From NCBI GenBank assembly GCA_050744525.1, contig JBOGHG010000037.1, positions 188-24,187 on the forward strand: 24,000 bases of DNA, read 5' to 3'. The notes under the pieces are model-generated. The model ran no database searches and was not told the origin of the DNA. It worked only from the letters and a program-made list of their open reading frames with translations. Below are positions 16,393-24,000 of the stretch, one piece after another; position 1 is the first letter of the stretch; each line of letters begins with the position of its first letter. This DNA is from Acidimicrobiales bacterium (GTDB lineage: Bacteria > Actinomycetota > Acidimicrobiia > Acidimicrobiales > VFJN01). The position numbers and the translations under genes were made by a program.

Positions 16393-17619
16393 TCAATCGG
16401 GCAGGAGCGGCACCTCAACGCCCCGGTCGCGCCCGAGCAGCACGGCCCGGGTCACGGCGCCCGACCCGAAGCGGTCGCACACCTCGTCGAGCGCCGAGTC
16501 CAGGGCGGTCGCGCCGTGGTGATCCAACGGCAGGGCGAGCTGGACGGCGTCGGCGTCGGCGAGGTTGCCGACCGCCACCCCGACCAAGGTCAGCCCCCGG
16601 TGCTCGATCGTGGGCGCGGCTGCTGCGAACAGCACCCGCACGGTGTCGAGGATCGTCCGGGTGGCGGCGGTCGCCTGGGGCAGCGTGTGCGAGCGGGTCG
16701 CCCGCGAGAAGTCGCCGAACCGCAGCCGGAGCACGACCGTGCGGCCGACCCGGCCGGCGGCCCGCATCCGGCGCGTGACGCGGTCGACCAACGCGACCAC
16801 CGCGGCGTCGACGTCCCCGGGCGACCTCGGTGCGCGGCCGAGCGCGTGCTGTGACCCGATCGAGCGCCGGCGCCGGCTCACCTGTACCGGGCGCGGATCG
16901 CGGTTGTGGGCCAGCGCGTGGAGATGCCGGCCGGACGCCCGACCGAGCATCGCGACCAGCGTCGGCTCGGCCAGCCGCGCCACCTCGCCCACCGTGGCGA
17001 TGCCCCGGCTGCGGAGCTTGGCAGCCGTGACCGGACCGACCCCCCAAAGGCGCTCGACCGGGAGCGCGTGGAGAAAGTCCAGCTCCCCGTCGGGCGGCAC
17101 CACCAGGAGGCCGTCGGGCTTGGCGACGCCGCTCGCAACCTTGGCCAGGAACTTGGTCCTGGCCACGCCGACCGTGATGGGCAGGCCGACCCGCTCGGCG
17201 ACCTCGCGGCGCAGCCGCACCGCGATCTCGCGGGACGTGCCCGAGACCCGCCGCAGCCCACCGACGTCGAGGAATGCCTCGTCGATCGAGAGGCCCTCGA
17301 CCAGGGGTGTGGTCCGGTCGAAGACCTCGAACACCGCCCTGCTGGCCTCGGTGTATGCCGACATGCGCGGCTCTGCGACCACCGCCCACGGGCACAGCCT
17401 GCGGGCCTCGGCGCCGCCCATGGCGGTACGGATCCCGAAGGCCTTGGCCTCGTAGCTGGCGGCCAGCACGACGCCCCCGCCGACGATGACCGGGCGCCCG
17501 CGCAGGCGGGGGTCGTCGCGCTGCTCGACCGATGCGTAGAAGGCGTCGAGGTCGGCGTGCAGGATCGTGGCCTCGCGAACCACGAACACATGTTCCCACA
17601 TCGCAGCGGCCGGCGACAC
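16393..17619 (-). CDS. dinB: DNA polymerase IV (Y-family translesion polymerase)
   Basis: ILHADLDAFYASVEQRDDPRLRGRPVIVGG, SIDEAFLDV, and the LPITVGVARTKFLAKVAS...KPDG and LWGVGPVTAAKL motifs. GTG 17619 is preceded by GAGG plus 6 nt, directly after the upstream gene's TGA. Confidence 0.93.
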   Translation of the reverse strand: MSPAAAMWEHVFVVREATILHADLDAFYASVEQRDDPRLRGRPVIVGGGVVLAASYEAKAFGIRTAMGGAEARRLCPWAVVAEPRMSAYTEASRAVFEVFDRTTPLVEGLSIDEAFLDVGGLRRVSGTSREIAVRLRREVAERVGLPITVGVARTKFLAKVASGVAKPDGLLVVPPDGELDFLHALPVERLWGVGPVTAAKLRSRGIATVGEVARLAEPTLVAMLGRASGRHLHALAHNRDPRPVQVSRRRRSIGSQHALGRAPRSPGDVDAAVVALVDRVTRRMRAAGRVGRTVVLRLRFGDFSRATRSHTLPQATAATRTILDTVRVLFAAAAPTIEHRGLTLVGVAVGNLADADAVQLALPLDHHGATALDSALDEVCDRFGSGAVTRAVLLGRDRGVEVPLLPD

Positions 17620-17631
17620 CTGCCACCTCGG

Positions 17632-19067
17632 TCAGATGTGCGGCGCCGCCGTCCCGGTGGAACCCTGTGGAGCCGACCGGCCGCCGAGAACGCCGAGCAC
17701 CATGAGCAGAGCCCCGAGGTACAGCTGCAGTGCCGGCACCAGCAGGTGGCGCGCCGTCTCCATGCCGTCGCTGTGCCATGACACGAGGCCGTGGGGTACC
17801 GCCAGCGCCACGCTGGCGGCGCCGACCAGCAACGGCGGCGATCCCCAGCGATGCCGCCACGTGGCCCACGCGGCCACCGCGGCCACGACCGCCAGCACCA
17901 CCCACCGGCTGGGGACCAGCACGCCCGTCACCAGCGGCAGGTCGCGTTGATCGACGGGCGCGTAGAAGCTGCGGTCGCCGAGGGCGTTGTTGAACGTGCG
18001 CTCGGGGTCCCGCAGCGGCTCGGTCACCAGGTACGCGGGATGGGTCGCCAGCCAGGTCGCGAACGCGCCCCGGCCGTCCCGAGCGACCCAGGCCAGCCAC
18101 TCCCGCATGTCCGGGGCGTCGTCGGCGACGTAGGTCACCGGTGCCAGTCCCCCGCCGCCCACGACGGGCGCCAGCGCGTCCGGGCCCACGAACCGCTCGG
18201 CCTGGGGCATGCCGTGGTCGGCGAACCAGGCCACGCGGTCGGGATACGGGAGCACCCGGGCCTGGAACACATTGCGCAGCGGGAACACGTGGCGATTCCC
18301 GTGCGAGGCCGCCACCCACGCCAGCGCGCCGAGGGCTAACAACCCGCACGCCAGGAGGACGAGGGCATCCGCAGCGCGGTCCCGTTCCTTGCGGTCGTCA
18401 CCGGATCGCCGCCCCTGCCATTCCGCGAAGACCAGTCCCAGCGCCAGCGCCACGGCGGCCACCAGCACCACCGCCGCGTGGCTGTCACGTGTGAGGAGCC
18501 ACAGCGCCGACGCCGCCAGCACGGCGGCAACCCGCCTGCCGTTGACGCCCCGGGCCAGCTGTAGGACGGCCGCCAGGGTCAACGCCAGGGTCGAGGCGGC
18601 CAGCGACTCCGACAGGACGGACCGCTCCCACATCGTCACCGGCGCCGTGCAGGAGAACGCCACGACCGCCAGCGCCCCCACCCAGCGGGCGCGCCTTCCC
18701 CGGATCACCCTCCACACCGAGGTCGCCAGCGCCGCCCAGCAGACCACGGCGACGGCCGCCTGCCAGCTCACATACGTGCCGGGGTCGAACCCGGCGAGCG
18801 AGAGGACGAGCGGCGCGGCTGCTGTCCGGGGCCCCGCCCAGCGCTCGAGGCTGAACAGGCCCGTGGCGGCGCTGGCGAGGAAGTCGGCGGAGTCGTTCCA
18901 CCACACGGCCCCCCGGCCCGCGATCTGCCAGGCCCGCACCGCCGCCAACACGACCGCCGACGCCACGAAGACCAGCCCCGTCAGCAGCCGCGGATCTCCG
19001 ACGTCCCATCGCAGGGAGCCGCGCTGCGACTGCGAGGCGGCCACGTCACCGGTCACCGGTGCCACCA

Positions 19068-19068
<1 letters not shown>
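17632..19068 (-). CDS. Polytopic integral membrane protein of unknown function (about 11 TM segments with a ~130-aa extracytoplasmic domain; GT-C-like topology)
   Basis: The open frame downstream of proB encodes successive hydrophobic helices, a soluble block (FPLRNVFQARVLPYPDRVAWFADHGMPQAERF...YAPVDQRD) and three C-terminal TM segments. Candidate GTG starts are at 19068, 19065, 19056 and 19044; 19068 would overlap the proB stop (TAGTG). The part of the track ORF above 19068 overlaps proB out of frame and is rejected. Confidence 0.7.
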
Positions 19069-21779
<2,711 letters not shown>

Positions 21780-21787
21780 GTCGTGAC

Positions 21788-22105
21788 CTATCCCTTGGAG
21801 ATGCCGGTGATCTCGATGGTCGAGTAGCGCTGACGATGACCCCAGCGGCGTGAGCTGTTGGTCTTGTTCTTGTACGTGAAACCGGTGACTTTGGGGCCCT
21901 TGTTCTCGCCCACGACCTTGGCCGTTACCTTGGCCTTGTCGAGCGCCTTGGGGCCGGCGAGCACCGTGTCGCCGTCGACCAGCAGGACGGGCTTCAGCTC
22001 GAGCTTGCCGTCGCCGGAGCCGCCACCGCTCACCAGCTCGACGTCGAGCTGCTGGCCCTTTTCGACCCGGTACTGCTTGCCACCGGTCTTGATGACTGCG
22101 TACAT
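21788..22105 (-). CDS. rplU: 50S ribosomal protein L21
   Basis: 105 aa from ATG 22105: [20 protein letters not shown]..., canonical L21. GAGG lies 8 nt upstream. The longer track ORF to 22879 overlaps rne out of frame. Confidence 0.96.
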   Translation of the reverse strand: MYAVIKTGGKQYRVEKGQQLDVELVSGGGSGDGKLELKPVLLVDGDTVLAGPKALDKAKVTAKVVGENKGPKVTGFTYKNKTNSSRRWGHRQRYSTIEITGISKG

Positions 22106-22176
22106 GCGATCCGCCTCGTGATGGGGACGGGTCAGCCTACCGGCCGCCTGTCGAGAGCCGCCACCCTCGCCCGGGC

Positions 22177-24000
22177 TCAGTCGGGCAGCAGCTCCTTGTC
22201 GATGAGCACGCCGCGGCCCTCGCACTCGGGGCAGCGCTCGGCGAACGACTCGAGCAGCCCCTCGCCGATGCGCTTGCGCGTCATCTCGCACAGTCCCAGT
22301 TCGGATATCTCGAACACCTGGGTGCGGGTCTTGTCCCGGGACAGGGCGTCGCGGAAGACCCGGACCACCTCCTCGCGGTTGTCCTTGCGCTCCATGTCGA
22401 TGAAGTCGACGACGATGATGCCGCCGATGTCGCGCAGCCGGAGCTGGCGGGCGATCTCCACCGCGGCCTCGAGGTTGTTCTTGAACACCGTCTCCTCGAG
22501 GCTCGAGCGACCCACGTTCTTGCCAGTGTTGACGTCGATGACGGTGAGCGCCTCGGTGCGCTCGATGATGAGCGATCCGCCCGAGGGGAGCCACACCTTG
22601 CGGTCGAGGGCGCGGTGGACCTGCTCGTGCACGTGGTGGCGCTCGAACATGGGCAGCGACTCGGATTCCTGGTCGTAGTACTGCACCCGGTCGGCCAGCT
22701 CGGGGCTGATCGACGCCACGTAGTCGCGCACCGCGATGTACAGCTCGCGGTTGTCGATGAGGACGCTGCGATACTCCTGGCTGAACTCCTCGCGGATCAC
22801 GCGCACCGCCATGTCGGGCTCGCGATAGAGCAGGGTGGGGGCCTTGGACCGCTTGGCCAGGCCCTCGACCTGGTCCCACTGCGAGAGCAGCCGGCGTACG
22901 TCGTCCTCGATCTCCTCGGTGGTGACGCTCTCCGCCGCGGTGCGCACGATCACGCCGTGCTGGGCCGGCTTCACCCGGTCGAGGATCGTCCGCAGCCGCT
23001 TCCGCTCGTCGTCGGGCAGCCGCTTGGAGATGCCGTAGGTCGACGAGTTGGGGATCAACACCACGAACCGACCGGGCAGCGATACCTCCTGGGTCAGGCG
23101 GGCGCCCTTGGCCCCGATCGGATTCTTGGTGACCTGGCAGAGGATCGTCTGGCCGGCCTTGAGGACGTCCTCGATCCGGGGCCGACCCGCCGTTGTGCCC
23201 GCCTCGATGTCCTCGGGGTCGTAGTGGACGTCGCCGCGGTAGAGGACGGCGTTCTTGGGGGTTCCGATGTCGACGAACGCGGCCTCCATCCCCGGCAGAA
23301 CGTTCTGCACCCGGCCCAGGTAGATGTTGCCGTGGATCTGCGACACGTCGTCCGACGGGTGGGACACGTAGTGCTCGATCAGCGACCGCCCCTCGAGCAC
23401 GGCGATCTGCGTGGCCCTGGGGGTGACGTGGACCGTCATCATGTAGCGGCCGACCGGGCGACCCTTGCGTTCGCGGCCCCGGCGCCGTTCGAGGGTCTCC
23501 TCGTCGAGCTCGACGGGCTCGTGGGCGATCACCGCCTCGACGGGCCTATCCGGCGCCTGCGTCGCGCCCGACCCCGACGAGCGCCCGCGACCGCCCCGGC
23601 GGCGCCGGCGCCGCTTGCCCCCCTCGCCGATGCCGTCGGCCGGCTTGACCGGCTCCGCCGCCCGCAGCGCGTCGGCGGGGATCGTGTCGCCGATCTTGGG
23701 CTTGGCCGGTGCCCCGGGCGGCGAAGCCTTGCGCACCACGGCCTTGGCGGCGGCCTCCACCGACGCGGGCCGGCCCTCCCGGTGGCGGTCGGGCAGCTCG
23801 GGCGTGCGCTCGTCACCGGCGGCCGGCTCGGCGCGCTCGGCCGGTTCGGCGGCTTCGGCCGGCAACCCGGACGAACCTGCGGCGGGACGGGCGGCGGGAG
23901 CGTCGTCAACCGCCGCAGGTTCCGCGCCGGTGTCGCCGTCGGTGCGAGGCTTGCTGCGCTTGCGACCGCCCCGGGAGCCGCGGCGCCGCCGCTTGCGGGC
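22177..24000 (-). CDS. rne: Ribonuclease E/G family endoribonuclease (5' end beyond window)
   Basis: S1 domain GNIYLGRVQNVLPGMEAAFVDIG, DNase-I-like core TEALTVIDVNTGK / IGGIIVVDFIDM, Zn-link CPECEGRG. The frame stays open from the track's TTG (23865) to the window edge, reading ARKRRRRGSRGGRKRSKPR..., an Arg-rich disordered N-terminal region. The gene is therefore partial. Confidence 0.92.
   Translation of the reverse strand, partial: ARKRRRRGSRGGRKRSKPRTDGDTGAEPAAVDDAPAARPAAGSSGLPAEAAEPAERAEPAAGDERTPELPDRHREGRPASVEAAAKAVVRKASPPGAPAKPKIGDTIPADALRAAEPVKPADGIGEGGKRRRRRRGGRGRSSGSGATQAPDRPVEAVIAHEPVELDEETLERRRGRERKGRPVGRYMMTVHVTPRATQIAVLEGRSLIEHYVSHPSDDVSQIHGNIYLGRVQNVLPGMEAAFVDIGTPKNAVLYRGDVHYDPEDIEAGTTAGRPRIEDVLKAGQTILCQVTKNPIGAKGARLTQEVSLPGRFVVLIPNSSTYGISKRLPDDERKRLRTILDRVKPAQHGVIVRTAAESVTTEEIEDDVRRLLSQWDQVEGLAKRSKAPTLLYREPDMAVRVIREEFSQEYRSVLIDNRELYIAVRDYVASISPELADRVQYYDQESESLPMFERHHVHEQVHRALDRKVWLPSGGSLIIERTEALTVIDVNTGKNVGRSSLEETVFKNNLEAAVEIARQLRLRDIGGIIVVDFIDMERKDNREEVVRVFRDALSRDKTRTQVFEISELGLCEMTRKRIGEGLLESFAERCPECEGRGVLIDKELLPD

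Noticed and set aside
22106-22879. Extension of rplU in the track ORF 21788-22879, and the upper part of ORF 17632-20268 overlapping proB.
   Set aside because: In both cases the upstream portion overlaps a strongly supported gene (rne, proB) out of frame with junk translation. The canonical protein N-termini coincide with internal starts.

Overview
Very GC-rich, densely coding chromosomal segment of actinobacterial type. Codon third positions are almost all G/C, and there are many long spurious antisense ORFs. I call 22 protein-coding genes and found no rRNA, tRNA, CRISPR array, transposase or integrase. Right end, minus strand: the housekeeping run rne - rplU - rpmA - obg - proB, continuing into a polytopic membrane protein of unknown function and dinB. 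Centre, plus strand, 5670-16374: a tightly packed co-directional array with several overlapping stop/start codons. It holds a CUT1-type ABC importer (ATPase, two permeases, two tandem paralogous lipoprotein binding proteins), then a membrane-anchored coiled-coil protein apparently translationally coupled to an N-terminally extended murJ, then pspA and a SpoU/TrmH-type methyltransferase. Left: proA coupled to a quinone-oxidoreductase-like MDR gene (minus strand), a GNAT acetyltransferase, a DUF308/HdeD-like membrane protein, a GAF + SARP-like regulator, and the 5' end of a MoxR/AAA_5-type ATPase. Most worth a second look: (1) the coiled-coil/murJ/pspA trio as a possible uncharacterised envelope-stress module; (2) a MalG-type permease with four extra predicted TM helices in its first periplasmic loop, plus a 12-residue insertion in the cognate ATPase; (3) a 62-nt perfect identity tract between the two binding-protein paralogs; (4) a perfect 15-bp inverted repeat in the proA/GNAT divergent region; (5) an RNase E/G homolog that ends 10 residues after its Zn-link. 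All function calls rest on my own recognition of motifs in the translations. No database search or structure prediction was run.
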